Below are positions 1-13,920 of a stretch of DNA of 64,000 nt, one piece after another. The first letter of the stretch is position 1. Each line of letters opens with the position of its first letter. The stretch spans positions 16,430,001 through 16,494,000 of the forward strand of contig OX597831.1 in NCBI GenBank assembly GCA_951406725.2. Reading direction: 5' to 3'. This DNA is from Octopus vulgaris. Its lineage: Eukaryota. Both the position numbers and the translations under genes were made by a program. The notes under the pieces are model-generated. The model did not search any database and had not been told where the DNA came from. It worked only from the letters and a program-made list of their open reading frames with translations.

Positions 1-69
1 GGCCTTTTAAGGTAACTGTTATACTAGCTCCTAGTGCATGTGCGATCATTTTCTTTACCTGATGGACAT

Positions 70-263
70 TTGCGGTCACATGAGTGTGACGACAGAACTC
101 TGGCCGAAATAAGATTAAGATTAATGTAAAAAATAAATAACACTGAAGCAAAGTAATACCAAATATATAGTGCGTGAGTTTTTATTGGCTAATCTGGCAA
201 AATGACCATTCCGAAATATAACAATATTTGTTTCAACACACGACTTCACATAAAAAATCTTGC

Positions 264-317
<54 letters not shown>

Positions 318-600
318 AAACTTATTTGGAGAAGAGAAAACAACACGTGCGTTCGGTCATATAATATAATAAATAAAACATATGCATATATACATACATA
401 TATGTACATACTTACATCTATATGTATATATACATGCATATATGAGTACAGGCCACCACAAATAAACGCAGAACACAACGAGAAACAAAAACATAAAATC
501 AAACAAGGAAACAGACTTTTTTAACAACGAAAAAACAGAGTACAGGACAAAGAATACAAGGAAAATTCCCCTTCATCAGCTGCCCCTGGTTCGACTCAAT
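70..600. repeat. Penelope-type terminal-repeat (pLTR) remnant, family A, followed by (TA)n
   Basis: Near-identical to 7187-7520, 15060-15330 and 15740-15960. Carries a truncated, mutated hammerhead-like motif (tgcggtcaca...tgtgacGACAgaactctgg). Confidence 0.6.
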
Positions 601-624
601 GCTAAAGAAATTCTAAAAGAAAAA

Positions 625-1340
625 AATTCTAATGCCAAATATGCCGATAATAGACAAAATCGTCAGTAACCATATAAGTTATCAATATAAGCACGCGTCT
701 CGAAGTAATCCGACAGAAATTTCTAAAATAAATTCCGTTATAATCGCATTGATCCCAATTTCAGAGTTAATTCATAAGAACTTACTCCTCATCAGCGATA
801 AATACGGTAAGAAATAAATAAAATACTTACTTATACCCATGGAAGAAGCAAACAATAAGTCATGAGCACACCTAAGTAACCTAAATATATCCAAAATAGA
901 AATAGAAATATGCTGGCCATTGATAGAATTTTCTTCGGAAAACTTATTCTATATTAGATGTAAATATAATAGTGTTCACTTTCAGACTCTCTCACTCTAT
1001 GAGAGTTTTCAGTCTGATCGCACGTGTCTGGGGGTGTGCCAGGGAATTTCTATTTTGGATATATTTGGATATATCTATTTTGGATATTTAGGTGTGTTCA
1101 TGACTTAGTGTTTGCTTCTTCCATGGGTATAAGTAAGTATTTCATTTATTTCTTACCGTATTTATCGCTGACGAGGAGAAAATTCTTATGAATTAACTCT
1201 GAAATTGGGACCAATGCGATAATAACTGAATTTTTTTAGAAATTTCTGTCAGCTTACTTCAAGACGTGTGCTTATAGTGGTAAATTATGTGGTTATTGAC
1301 GATTTTGTCTATTTTCGGCATATTTGGTATTAGAATTTAA
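625..1340. repeat. Inverted pair (about 625-905 / 1050-1340) of pLTR-like repeat family B
   Basis: The arms are reverse complements, e.g. tacttacttatacccatggaagaagcaaaca vs tgtttgcttcttccatgggtataagtaagta. Each arm has a hammerhead-like core. Confidence 0.8.
1162..1222 (+). ncRNA. Type I hammerhead-like motif with G17 variant (second copy 743-799, - strand)
   Basis: ttatcg CTGACGA ggag..ctct GAAA ttgg ga ccaa T G cgataa. Stems I, II and III all pair, but the cleavage position is G. Confidence 0.55.
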
Positions 1341-1966
1341 TCTGTGGGTAAATGGCTAAAAGTTGCCTTGTTTGTAATTATACCATATTTTTATATATAT
1401 ATATATATCAACACTTTGAATATATATGCGAATATATACCAAAACTATTTAACATTCAATAGAATCTTCTCTTTTTCCTCCTGCCTTCAGCCTTCTACCC
1501 AATTCCCTTATCATGGTTTTGAGTAAAGAGTGCAATTAAAGGCAACATCTAATTTCCTTCACTCTAACGGAATTCGGACGTCTCTTATATATCAATCCTC
1601 CTTTCCGCTGCTTAGTCATCATGTCCTCGAAACTGTTAATATCTGCTGTTTTCATCACCTCCTTACTTTACACGGTAAGGGTTGCCAAGGTTTGATCTGG
1701 GCAGAGTTGATTGAACAGGGTTCGGCAATTAAGAGACATTCGCACTCATTTACCATCTTTAAGAGGCGTAGGTGAGAAAAGATGGCTTTCGGATGTATAT
1801 AATTGTATCGGATAGATGTTTATCAAATACCATAATCTGTCAGAATTGTTCTTGTTTCTCGACATAGAAGCTTCTTAATTAAAAAATGTAAACAAATTCA
1901 GAAATCTATAAATACTTTACATGTTTGCGTTGTTTCAAAACTCCTTTCTTTATGATTTCCCTGCAG

Positions 1967-2054
1967 ACTATTGCGACTCAAGGCTCACTGCATGTTTGGA
2001 ATGACGAAACACTGTGATTCGTATTTCAATGTTCACTTTTACCAAAAGTGCTTT
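1967..2054 (+). CDS. Cys-rich exon, paralogue 1 (phase 2/0): LLRLKAHCMFGMTKHCDSYFNVHFYQKCF
   Basis: ctgcag acceptor, gtaagt donor, open frame. Same phases and Cys spacing as 23213-23303 and 38908-38995. Confidence 0.7.
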
Positions 2055-2130
2055 GTAAGTTATATATTTATTTCTTGTCAGAATTAGAGTTATTATGAGA
2101 AAAATTTATTGAATTTGATCATTTCTGCAG

Positions 2131-2167
2131 TTGCTATATGTTCACACATCTCTGGATATATTTGACG
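2131..2167 (+). CDS. Candidate short exon of paralogue 1 (LLYVHTSLDIFD, phase 0/1)
   Basis: tttctgcag acceptor after a 76-nt intron, gtaaaa donor. Phase compatible with the flanking exons. Confidence 0.35.
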
Positions 2168-2805
2168 GTAAAAATCCCAAAATAAACAAAAAGCATAACT
2201 ATTTCAAAATACTTGCTGGGAAATAGGTGGACAAATTGAAAATATATTTATTTAGTAATGGGAGGCTATACTCTAATATCCAATCAACACGGAGTGTTAG
2301 TATGGATTGGTATTAAGAAATACCCTTAAAATATTGGTGTTAAATTTAAAATAGGATGTGATGCAGTGAAACACATTCAGATATATAAATATATATATAT
2401 ATATAAACATACGCAGAATATGTCTCTACATTTTACATAAAACATTTCTTATAATTCTACCTACACTTATAAAGACAGATATTTCGTGCGATATATAAAA
2501 TGATGAGACGCCTACATGTACATACATATCTGCCTACATACATACGTACGTACATACATACATATATAGACAGACAGACTGACAATAATTTATTTATATG
2601 TTTCCTGAAGTACAATACTGTGTAAACGTTTTCACTTATGCTTTTAGTATAAAACTAATTGCAAAGTACGAAATATCTTGAATTGAATAGAAAAAAATAT
2701 ATAACAAGAACAGAACGGTTTTCCTTAATGAGACGCACAAAAATGAAAATCTGTGACCCATATAAACATATGTATGCAAATACAAATACACACCCGCACG
2801 CATGT

Positions 2806-2813
2806 ATCTATCC

Positions 2814-2899
<86 letters not shown>

Positions 2900-2915
2900 A
2901 TATATCTATCTATCT
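2806..2915. repeat. (TATC)n microsatellite
   Basis: Seen directly. Confidence 0.95.
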
Positions 2916-3249
2916 GTCTATGTATCTATCTGTCTCTCTGTCTATGTGTGTATGTATGTATTTACCTATATATGTATATGTGTGTGATTGCGCGTCTGTA
3001 TGTGTATCTTTTATCATTTATCTCTGAATTGTTTCAGTCATTTGACTGCGGCCATGCTGGGGCACTGCCGTATGTGGATGCAATTCGCTCTGCAACTATC
3101 GAGCAATAACATCGGTGTGGCACAAATGATTGTGAAGTATCTGGCATGGTTGCAAACACAATTAAGCCACACACACCCGCCTAAAAGACTGCCTTAATTA
3201 AAAGCCCGAGCGTTGCCACCATTACTGCAAAGCTGACAATTACACCAAA

Positions 3250-3995
3250 CATTTCATGAATATTAGAGACCTCCTACAAAGCTGCAGCAGTCACAAAATT
3301 ACATAATTGAGGGATCTTTCTGTGTGAAATCCAGAGATTTGCATTGCAATTACAGAGACGCATCTCTGCAGATATAAATTATGCAGACATACAAAGAGAA
3401 ATGTATCCTATGTTCCGTGCAAGCAGATGGGGAAATGAAGTCACGTGGTGTTGCATTCTACATCCGTGATGATGTCACACCAATAACCTTGTTGTCACAC
3501 TCAAACTCGGTCAGTGACACGCTCATAGTACATTTAATGTAACTTGAAGTGGTTATATCTGCACTGTATCGCCAACCGGATACCTCAAATCGTGATGGTA
3601 ATTATGGGGTATGTTTACAATGACAAAAGACGTACTAACGAAACTGGATCAACTGTTAATATACTTCTGATGGGTGACTTCAGCTCCCTCAACATAAAAT
3701 GACCTGAAGACCACGTAGTCTCAGAAATAATATCCAAAGAGTGTAACCAAGGTGAATCTCTACACGACGTCAAAAAAAATAATATTGTTCATGGAGAAAA
3801 TAATATTCATCATTTTTCACCCAATATGTACATCTTATCCACAATATGAAGATAACTCCGACAATCTTCTCAGACCGCATATGAAAGAACTAAGGATGTA
3901 TTGCCCAAAACAAATTAATGACTTATTCCATAAACATGGCACCTAAACTCTGTCTAGTCTAAACTTCTACAAGGCTGACTGGAAGTCAATTGTAA
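3250..3995 (+). mobile_element. Decayed LINE APE endonuclease fragment (CR1/L2-like)
   Basis: Translated motifs IAITETHL, GVAFYIRD, LYRQPD, LMGDF and NFYKADWKSI, interrupted by stops and frameshifts. Confidence 0.8.
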
Positions 3996-4518
3996 ATAAC
4001 TGTGGTTTATATCTGTTCTTGTGCATCTGAAATAAAGGAATGAGTAGGGATATTAGTATAGACTGCATATCATTTTATCTGAGTCCATGATATCCAATCT
4101 TTCTAGTCATGTTTTGTTTCATATATGTAAATACAAAGATATAACATATGTAGATTATCTCTCTCTTATATATTTTTGTTTGCAGTATTTTCGAACAATT
4201 AAAGACTGGAAAGATCCCGACACCATGCTTCCACATGTTATCGATATGGACGAAATGAAATGAATATGTCAGTTCCATCATAATCACGTGCTGACTGACA
4301 AACAAATATTTTATGGTATAACAAAACTTGGAGAAACATTTAAAAAATGACAATAGATGTGTAACGCTAGGTTTAGTATGATACCACATCAGACATATGC
4401 TCTTTCTCTTGTCACCAATATTGATAAAAATTATGTAACTAATGCACTAATTTTGTTCCTGCATTCAACGCAAAAGAAGCCATATCCATGTAACGTTTAC
4501 TCAATATTTTCATTCTTA

Positions 4519-4560
<42 letters not shown>

Positions 4561-4585
4561 ATACACATATATGCATATATGTATG

Positions 4586-4649
<64 letters not shown>

Positions 4650-5111
4650 CATAAATACATACACGCATACATAATACCAATGATAATCTGTAAGAACACT
4701 AAAAATCTCAATGCTGTTAGTAGTTCAGCATTACTGTTGTACAGTTGCTATAAAAGTAGTGATGCCATTGAAATCTTTGAAACCAATAAAAAAGTTAAAA
4801 CATTTACTACCGTCTCGTTTTGTGTTGAGGTACTTTAAATCCCGCTATTATGAAGTGACTATTATGAAGCTATGTTTCATATTTGCTGTTGTTAATAAAC
4901 AATCGAAAATGTATTCGAATATTTGTCCCATATAAATTTGTTACTTTGACATAATGAGCTAAATCTTTATGTGTCCGACAATGGAAATATTGTTCAGGGA
5001 GATTTATTATTACGGCCCCTTCTAATATATCTGGTACAGAACGTGGTGTAAGATCTCGCGTTTATTTTAATGCTATATACACAGAGATACCCACACAAAC
5101 GCAGACATATT

Positions 5112-5560
5112 CTACGAACGAGAATCAAAAGTTGTACGCACACTTATTTTTTCTATGCATTTACTCAAAAGTAGGGAACAGACATGTACGCTATTTTTGT
5201 ACATAATCACCTTTGTTTTCGATATACTTCGTCCAGCGGTTCACAAGCGTATTCCTTTCAAAAAGAAGATTTTCGGTTAGTCGTGCTAATATATCTGCAC
5301 CGCTTCCTTCACATCTCTATCTGTAGCAAGTGAGCAACATCGTAAACCCTATTTGAACGGTCGAAAGATATGATAACCGGAAGGGGCCAGATCTGAGCTG
5401 TAGGCAGGGTGTTTCAGCAAAACCCAATTGGTTAGTGGTTACAACGGTTTCGGTTACTGTGGGCAAGCATTGCCCTGTAACAACAAAACTTCTTTCGACA
5501 ACAGTTTCAATAATATATAGTAGCACGCATGCGCAGAAGACTGTTTGACAAGAATACAGA
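5112..5560 (-). mobile_element. Mariner transposase 3' remnant
   Basis: Minus strand reads LKHPAYSSDLAPSGYHIF (YSPDLAP motif) and LVNRWTKYIENKGDYVQK* (mariner C-terminus). Confidence 0.85.
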
Positions 5561-7109
5561 TAACTTATGCGGATAATGTTTGTGCTCCCTCATATTATGC
5601 AAGCTACCAATTGTTTGATCGAACGAAATAATATAATTGTTATTTGCCGACATAGATTAACGAAGCACATTCTCAGCCTCCCCCTCCATGTTTTTCGCTA
5701 AGTATTTCTCTGCCCCCATTTTGCCACTCTTCTATGCATTTGTATCAAACAAATTTTTATCTACCTTTATAATTCTTATATTCTTATACAGTTATTTGTA
5801 TATTGTTTTTATTTTGCTTCTTCATCATTTTATTCTTCATATTTCTCCTAATATTTTGATGCCCCTACATCTTCCTTCGGCATTTGAAAATATAAAAGCA
5901 CCCAAGTGTGCATACATACCTATTAGAGACTACATGCGTGTCATAAACACGCGCGTACGTTCTAATACGCGCTTGTATGGTTTTAAAACGAAGCAATAAT
6001 CTACCAACTTACCTAGAATTGTTATGTTCGTCTACTGACACAAAAAAACTTATCTTCCACCTCTCTCTTCTCCTCCCTCGGTATACTAACAAATTCTAAC
6101 TGAATATTACTCCTCTATCTGTTTTCTTTGACTATGTTTAAATGTATTTTCAGGGTACAATATACTTACTTATATTAGAGCCAGGGTACAATATACATAC
6201 TTAAAATTGACCCCGTAAGTGACCCCCAGCTCAAGTTCGCAAAGACATTCCTCTAGCGATCTTGAATAATACCAAGCAATTTTCCCCTACTCATTCCCCT
6301 CACTTTTTCTGTATTTGTATTTTTAGACACTTACCCACCCCCTTACATTATTTCTTCACAAATATGTTTTCCCTCTTCTTCTCTCACTCAGTGCTCTCTC
6401 TGAATTTCAATCAAATCTCCTGCGATTTAATGTGCGATTTCTTGACAACAATATAAGCTTCATTTGATTAAGGTATCTTTGTCCTGATGGGTAGCTAGAT
6501 GATTACTCCCGGTTTCTGTAAATACTCCTTCGGAACAATTATTTGATATTGAATTTAGAGGTTTAAAAAAATTAAATATAAATGCCATATTAGAATAAAT
6601 AGAAAACTCTACAACGAATATACAGTTCACAAGTAAATATATATACATATATTTTTAAAACGTATACTCGTAGTTGAATCTTCTATGAATTTTAATATCA
6701 CTTATCAGTTTTTAGTACCCAGCCCGCAATCTCAATAATTAATCAATTATCAATTAATTAAATAATTAGTAGTATTCTATACTCGTTCACCCCACCCCTG
6801 AGCAAGTTTATTTTCCAAATTATAATATTTTTATTCATATATATATATATATATATATATAAATATATATATATTACTTGTAATTTTCAAGCTCTCCGAA
6901 GCAGCCAGCTGCGAGCGTATATTACACTATTAAAAATCCCCCCCCCCCCAATTCAATTTTAAATGCTCGTTTGTGTATTTGAATTAAGTTACATCACACA
7001 ATCTTGCACACATCATCAAAATTTCAATTCTGCTTACATTACAACTGTCCGACTGACAATAATGTGAAATTCCGAGGTTACAACTCTTGTGATAATATTG
7101 GAGTTAGTT

Positions 7110-7186
<77 letters not shown>

Positions 7187-7192
<6 letters not shown>

Positions 7193-7520
7193 ATTTAGGA
7201 ATGGTCATTTTGCCAGTTTAGCCAATAAAAACACACGCACTATATATTTGGTGTTACTTTGCTTCAGTGTTATTTATTTTTTACATTAATCTTAATCTTA
7301 TTTCGGCCAGAGTTCTTTCGTCACACTCCTGTGACCGCATCAGTGGTCCTTTGTTTTCTTCTTACATATTTGTGTCTCTCCTTACTAACCGTCAGCCAAA
7401 GTAACACCAAATATATAGTGCGTGTGTTTTTATTGGCTAAACTTGCAAAATGACCATTCCTAATTACAACAATATCTGTTTCAACACACGACTTCACATA
7501 AAATATCTTGCACAACAAAT
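7187..7520. repeat. Fold-back pLTR family A copy embedded in (TA)n; hammerhead-like motif at 7307-7346 (-)
   Basis: 7187-7262 and about 7397-7470 are inverted. Minus strand reads cca CTGATGC g gtcaca ggag tgtgac GAAA gaac TC tgg. Confidence 0.7.
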
Positions 7521-7528
7521 ATTTAAAC

Positions 7529-7589
<61 letters not shown>

Positions 7590-8762
7590 TAAAACTTAGG
7601 TAAACTTAGACATGTTTCGACCAAAATTGGTACAGGTCATGTCTAACTTAATAGCACTACCTGATAGGATTATTCGAATAAAGCAATTCAACATTGAAAC
7701 ATTAGAACCTTACCGAAGACGGTATAAATACAATATAAACTGAAAAGTGTATTTCTGTGAGGTGAAGGGCGACATCTTCCTAAGAGTCAAAACAAATTTA
7801 TATATGTGTGAATATATGTGTGTATGGGGGTGTTAGGTACGAATGAGAAAGAGAGAGAGAGAGAGAGAGTGTGTGTGTGTGTGTGTGTGATAGAGAGACA
7901 GGCAGACAGAGAAAGAGAGATATGCATGTGCTTGTGTGATTTAGTTCGAATAAGTCGAGTTTCAATTGTTTGTTGCGTGTGAAACGAAGGACGTTTTGGA
8001 AGTTGCTGAAATTCACATCGTAATTTTGAATCGTTATTTGAGTTTATGTATGACTCTGTATGTTGGCGAGAGTAGTGAATAGTGAAATCTTAAAATAATG
8101 TATATTTATGAGACTTGCATATTCATGAAGGCTTGTCTCGAATTTAGCGGATATATGAAAGCTATTGAAAATGTATTATTTATAAATAATTATTTGATTT
8201 AACCCCGAAAATAAACAGTAATCGGGGAAATGTTTTAATTTTCATTAACATTTTGGTCATAATTGTCTTAGAAAAATTACTTTTCTGTATTTACCAAACA
8301 CAATAATCACTGGATATTATTACGGATGTTTCTCTTCGTGATAATAAAATTACTGGGAAAATTATCTCTTAAAAACCAACAAATGGCACACAAACTTTTT
8401 CAAAGATACTCACACACAAACTTAAAACATCAAGCTATTTGAGGAATTTTACAGATAAACAACCTAACACTTACTGAAAATATCTTTTCTTCACTCAATG
8501 ACGAAAATCAAAACAAAATCTTATTGCGATAGCTGAAATTTCTAACCTTTTCTTACCTGTCATAAAATCATCAATTCCAGACAATAACACTGTATTTCTG
8601 CATTCATTTTCTAACCAACCCTCCAAAGCACTTTCTTATAAACTTTGTTTTAAAATTCCCCACAAATTCCAGATGTGGGATTTAATTGAAACCGCTCGCT
8701 CACCATGTCCGGCGAATTTTTTTTACAATATATTCCTATTTACCTCTAATCTACTATATCAG

Positions 8763-8870
8763 AAACGTATGTGTTAAACATTTGTCGAACATATTGTAAT
8801 AGAATATCAAGTTTCAAGAGGTTGTGAGGCAAATGTTCGGTTGGGTGCCATTCACGTATGCATAACTATT
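8763..8870 (+). pseudogene. Cys-rich EGF-like exon of paralogue 1 with in-frame TGA: (E)TYVLNICRTYCNRISSFKRL*GKCSVGCHSRMHNY
   Basis: 108-nt symmetric phase 1/1 exon (atcag...gtaagt) with a GKC..GC motif. Homologous remnant at 24426. Confidence 0.5.
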
Positions 8871-10699
8871 GTAAGTAAATGAAAGCCATTTCACTACTTC
8901 AGTTTTCTATTTCTTCAACGACTGGTAACAAGTATAGCAGGATGTTGGAGTGAAGATAATTTGGCTAAAGTTTGATTAAGCTTATAATTTATATGAAGTA
9001 GATTTGTAAATTTTGGGAAACGTTTATATTTAGAGAGGTTTATGGATATACTTGAAAAAAGGATATCCGGCAGTGAATGAAAATGCTGCAGTGAATAACA
9101 TTGTGCTTTAACTAACGTAGTATGATGATATTTTCCTTTCAGTTACATTAACCAATTGAAATGTTACTCATTCTAATCGGGTGCACATTGCCGTTTGAGT
9201 TTCTCTCTTATTATCCCCGTGATTGCAAATAGGTGTACCTACAATAAGGTAACATCATCACTATTGATTCATGTCGATATTGCAACACATCATAAATTCA
9301 CCTACACAAAGGACCACCATCCGGGCGTTCCTCTACTCTATGCTTCACATTTACACAATTGACGTCTCCTTTGTTTGATTTATCTCAATTGCATAATTTA
9401 TTTGTCTGAAGTTACTTACAAAGTACTTTCAGAAATATGCCCCACCAACTGATTCACACATAAATTTATAAATAACCACTTGCTTTCAATGCATGTTTCC
9501 CCGTATACGATTCAGAGGTTCAGATTTCGATTTTATAAGATTTTAAGGCGCAGGAAAATAATGGAGTCCAAATATTTCATATATCTCGATTCATTTCTTC
9601 ATATGTTTACATGATTTGATTACAAATATTTGGTTAAAAAATTGAAATGCATAATTTATTGACTCACTGAATTTTACACACGGAATTCCTATACATTTAT
9701 AATCTCCAATATCCCAAAGCTGTTTAGAAAGATTCATTAAAAAATGGCGTTTAATTAAAATAAACGGTGGAAAAAACTAGGCTTGAGAATTATCCACACC
9801 TCCAACCCAGTGACCTCCGAAAGGGATTAGGAATGCTGGGCCTCCAACTAGGCCATTCGTGATACCCTTAAATTCAAGAATCTTTCAGTATCCCATCGTA
9901 AGTACGACATTTCACTAAAGAAAATGGAGTTTATAAAAAGTTATACTGCAACAAACTAAGTTGAGGACAAAAATGTGTAGGTATGCCATATCGTCGTCAA
10001 CCAATTAAAGTAATCACAAGCCAAATTGCGGTTCACCTATCATGCCCCCAGTACAACGTAGAATTTTCTGGCTAAAATGCGTAAATATATATCGCTGACT
10101 CAACACTATATCGTGGGTTTCTGCGGCCAATAGGTATTTTTATCTTTTCAGATTTTAAATATATCCGTGATCAAATAAGTCTTTTGACGCCTACAAATGA
10201 CTAAATTAACAAATAAAGATACAGTGGAGTACTTCACAGTATAACACATTGGTTCAAATATATTAGGAGAAAATACGTAGGGTACCGTAAATGAGTAAAC
10301 AAAGAATTTGTTTTCCATACATACTGTATGGAAAACAAATCTCATGAAGCAAACAAGAGGAAACACGGGTACTCCTAAGAGTGTGCAGGGACATGTTTAA
10401 ATATATCAAAATAATAAAATAAATATATACATGTTATGAAAATAATAAGAAAATATACAGCACAGTACTGATTCTATTTCGCGTATTTTCACAAATCGCC
10501 GGTGTTTGGAATGTGATACCGGTGATAGTCGAGGGATTTATGTAGTACCATTTCTCTTACTCAGCATTATAATTTTTCAAATATCGTCAATAAATGTCAG
10601 AAGATACCTCAACCAAATTTTTTTAGCCTATGCTGGAATAAATTTTAGAACATTTTGGGGCAGCATTTATGTTTTCAGAAGTATAAAACAAAGATACTA

Positions 10700-11520
10700 A
10701 AAATGGTCTCCCGCAGTGACTTAATGTCATATTTTATGATTAACTGTTGTAATTAACACAGTTTATTAACGGTTAGCTTTCGCTCTCTCGACGAATTAAA
10801 CACAACCACTCGTAATAAGATATTTAATAACGTTAAATTTAATAACGTTATACCTAATCATTTATTATCGCCGAAATTACATATTAGTGTAGCTTCCATA
10901 TGCTCACACTGTCACCAAATTAATTTGTACTGATAGAATTAGACATCATCCACAAGATATTAGAATAACTACAACGACACTATCTGTTATTCTAGTAAAA
11001 TACGGGATCAGCTTTGCATTTCTAATAACCTTCATGAAATCATGTAAGCGATATGATTTGTTTCTATAATTTATACATTTAATGGGTAAAATAATGTTGA
11101 TAATTATCTGAAGAGTACCCAGTATTGCAGAAAATGACAGATCAATAATATCAATGGCACTGGTAGCATTGTAGTATACAGATTCTAATAACTATTAAGA
11201 TAAATAGTTTGTAGTTAATGAAACAACAATGCAATTCATTTGCAATTACAAAGTTACATGATGCCGGGTATCTTTTAACTAATCAAGCTGTAACACAATT
11301 ATGTAGATTAATTTGCATGAAATCCTCATCACCAAATCAGTTTCATTAACAACGGTTCTATTTTTCAAAGGTAAAAGTCGAATTGATATTGGTTACCTCA
11401 GAGTTTAGTAAATTCATTTAATACACATTTCAATTTCAGTTATAAATAAAGATTTCCCTGCAGTAAATTCGCGTCGTCAGTTTCATTATTTGGTTAAATT
11501 TACTTCATATTTTGTGTAGA
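10700..11520 (+). repeat. Old local duplication homologous to 26360-27180 (3' end of the paralogous genes)
   Basis: Colinear similarity, e.g. gtactgatagaattagacatcatccacaagatattag vs gtactgacagagccagacctcatcaacaaaatattaa. Confidence 0.8.
11371..11421 (+). pseudogene. Terminal exon of paralogue 1: VKVELILVTSEFSKFI*
   Basis: Homologous to 27002 and 44149, with AATAAA about 25 nt downstream. The preceding exon (about 10753-10819) has lost both splice sites. Confidence 0.55.
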
Positions 11521-12212
11521 AAAAATTTGAAATTTTACAAATACCATACCCGTAAACACCATCAAATGATCATTCTCAGTTGTAAATGTGGAGAACTTGA
11601 ATTTGCTATTTGATCGGGGATGCACGATGAACTTCATTCTATATGAGAGAGAAGGTACATCAACATGTTAAGCAAACAGAAGAGATTTAACGGGTTTTGA
11701 GAAGGCGGTTTTAAAATTCCCTATGTTAATCAACTCTCTACGTTCCGTCAGATGGCTAAAATGAGAGCCACTGAGTTAACTAGCCATGTATCTAAACGTG
11801 AATTGATTGGTTTTGGAAAGGTGCATCTTTTATTTGTCGTATTTAACCTAAATATAATTTTAGAAAACCAAATAAATTTATTATATAGAGAATAAATGTA
11901 AACAAACATTAGTCTATTCTAATTTGTTGTTGATAACCTAGATATATCTATAACCTAGATATTACTTATCATATAGGATATAATCTTGGAAATTAGTTAA
12001 AATTTATTTTATCGGATAATAAAATAAAATTAACATTTAAAACAAAAACAATATATCTGTGTTATAATTTTAAAATCAAATAAACACAATTGATAGGAAA
12101 TAACAAATATAAATAGGATATGCAATATTATATTATAAAATGGTTAAATTTTATTTCAATAATAATATCGAATATGAAACTTCATTATCTGTCGGGAAAT
12201 ATAACGACTTTT

Positions 12213-12418
12213 AAGGCGGTGAGCTGGCAGAGACGTTAGCACGCTGGGCGAAGTGCTTCGCGGGATTTCGTCATTCTCTAGTTCTGAGTTCAAATTTCTC
12301 CGAGGTCGGATTTGCCTTTCATCCTTTCGGGGTAGATAAAGTAAGTACCAGTTGCGCACTGGGGTCGACTGATGCCCTCCCCAAAATTTCAGGCCTTTTG
12401 CGTAGAGTAGAAAGAATA
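12213..12418 (+). mobile_element. tRNA-type SINE (Octopus-like, Meta-core-like central domain)
   Basis: Head aggcggtgagctggcaga...gagttcaaa and core gcctttcatcctttcggggt...aagtaccag. Many copies in the window. Confidence 0.85.
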
Positions 12419-12639
12419 TAACTACTTTTAATCCAAGCGGGAACAATAACCAGGCATGGGTATTAGCAGAAATAGAAATAATATATAATACTCTACATTA
12501 TGTTATATCTTAATATATGCTTAATAATAGTAAAAATAATAGAGAGCATTGATATTCAAAAATTAACCAAATAATATGATACAGTTTATTACAAAATTTA
12601 GGAAACTATTCATTAAAAATTCAAGTATAATTAGTACCC

Positions 12640-13920
12640 CTTAAGTGAGGATTTGTTTCTTCATGACTGGGCTGAAAATTATGTCTCTCTTGGAGGTGCA
12701 AGTTCATGTAATTAACAGGGAGTACGAATACAAATCATCTCTCGTTGCTGGAGTGACTGCAACGTTAGATGTCGTGAAGTCAATCATTTCAATAGGAGAC
12801 AAGGCATATCAATCCCCTGACAAGGAAAGAAGTGTTCCCAAGGATCTGCGATCCCCATAAAGATATTGGATTGGTCTTATTCGAATTCTGGAGAATTTCA
12901 AGTACTTCGGGAAAGTTTTCTCGAGTGATGTAAAGCAGGAGGCTGCATTAAGCGTTATAATCACAAGATCTATTGCTTCACAATTGGTTGAAGAAAAGAA
13001 AAGAAGTGTAAAATCCAAAAACACAGTTTTGAATTAGGTACTCGCACGTACCATACCCTATGTTCATGAATCTTGACTAAGTCCGACAGAATACGACGAG
13101 GAATATAAGCGGCTGATACGGTTTTCCCCCCAAACTGTCGCTGGAGTAACATAACACGATCGACAGGACAGCTGAGAATTCAGCGACGTGCTCCAAGAAG
13201 AGCAGCTGCTTCAACAATTTCAGAGAGCACAGGTAAAATATGTCTCGATAACGAATCACTGGATAGAATTTACGAGGGAAACAAGCCGGCCGGGTTTCCT
13301 GGCGTAGACTACAGGAATCAGGAATCGATAAAATCCATGAGCTCGGTTACACGTTTTTAGAAAACTTGCTAAATCTTTAAGGAACAGTTTTTTCTGACAA
13401 GGCTAGACATTTGGTGCACCTGAAGACTCTGTTTCTACGCCTCTCCCATGATTAAGTGGTCACAGAAGATACACACACACATATAAAGAGAGGGAGGGAG
13501 AAAGAGAAAGAAAAAGATAGAGATAAATGAAAGAACAAGGATAAATATGTAGAAGTTAGTGATATTTTAGCATTCTGTAGAAGACATAAAGAAGAAAACT
13601 CCGGGACCATGGTGGATTGTCGGCACCGAATGTTGTAAATTTTTCCCGTATCGGAGTACGATAGCTGAAAAATGTCAATCGTATAGTCCATGGATAACAA
13701 CAGGAGTTGTTGTATACGCAACTAAACTTCCCAAGATTAGGGAGTGGAGCAGATAGCATCATCCAGGCTACATATATTTCATACATGGTCGAATCTCGGA
13801 AGTAGCAAATTATCCAAACGAAGAGAGGCTGGGAACTTACACCTTATTCGGATTATTTACTACTTCTGAGGTTCCAACAGCTATGAAACATATGTAACCT
13901 TGGTTATATCGATTCCGCTC
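12640..13920. mobile_element. Highly decayed L1/Tx1-like LINE; RT part on - (12640-13450), downstream part on + (13580-13920)
   Basis: Minus strand: LRQE (RQG-like), PKYL, LLSLSG. Plus strand: KLRDHGGLSAPN (GGL-x-P motif). Confidence 0.45.

Noticed and set aside
540-600. CTGATGA on the minus strand
   Set aside because: No downstream GAAA or stem II, so no hammerhead fold could be built.
12213-12300. tRNA-like A/B boxes
   Set aside because: They are SINE heads with no complete cloverleaf.
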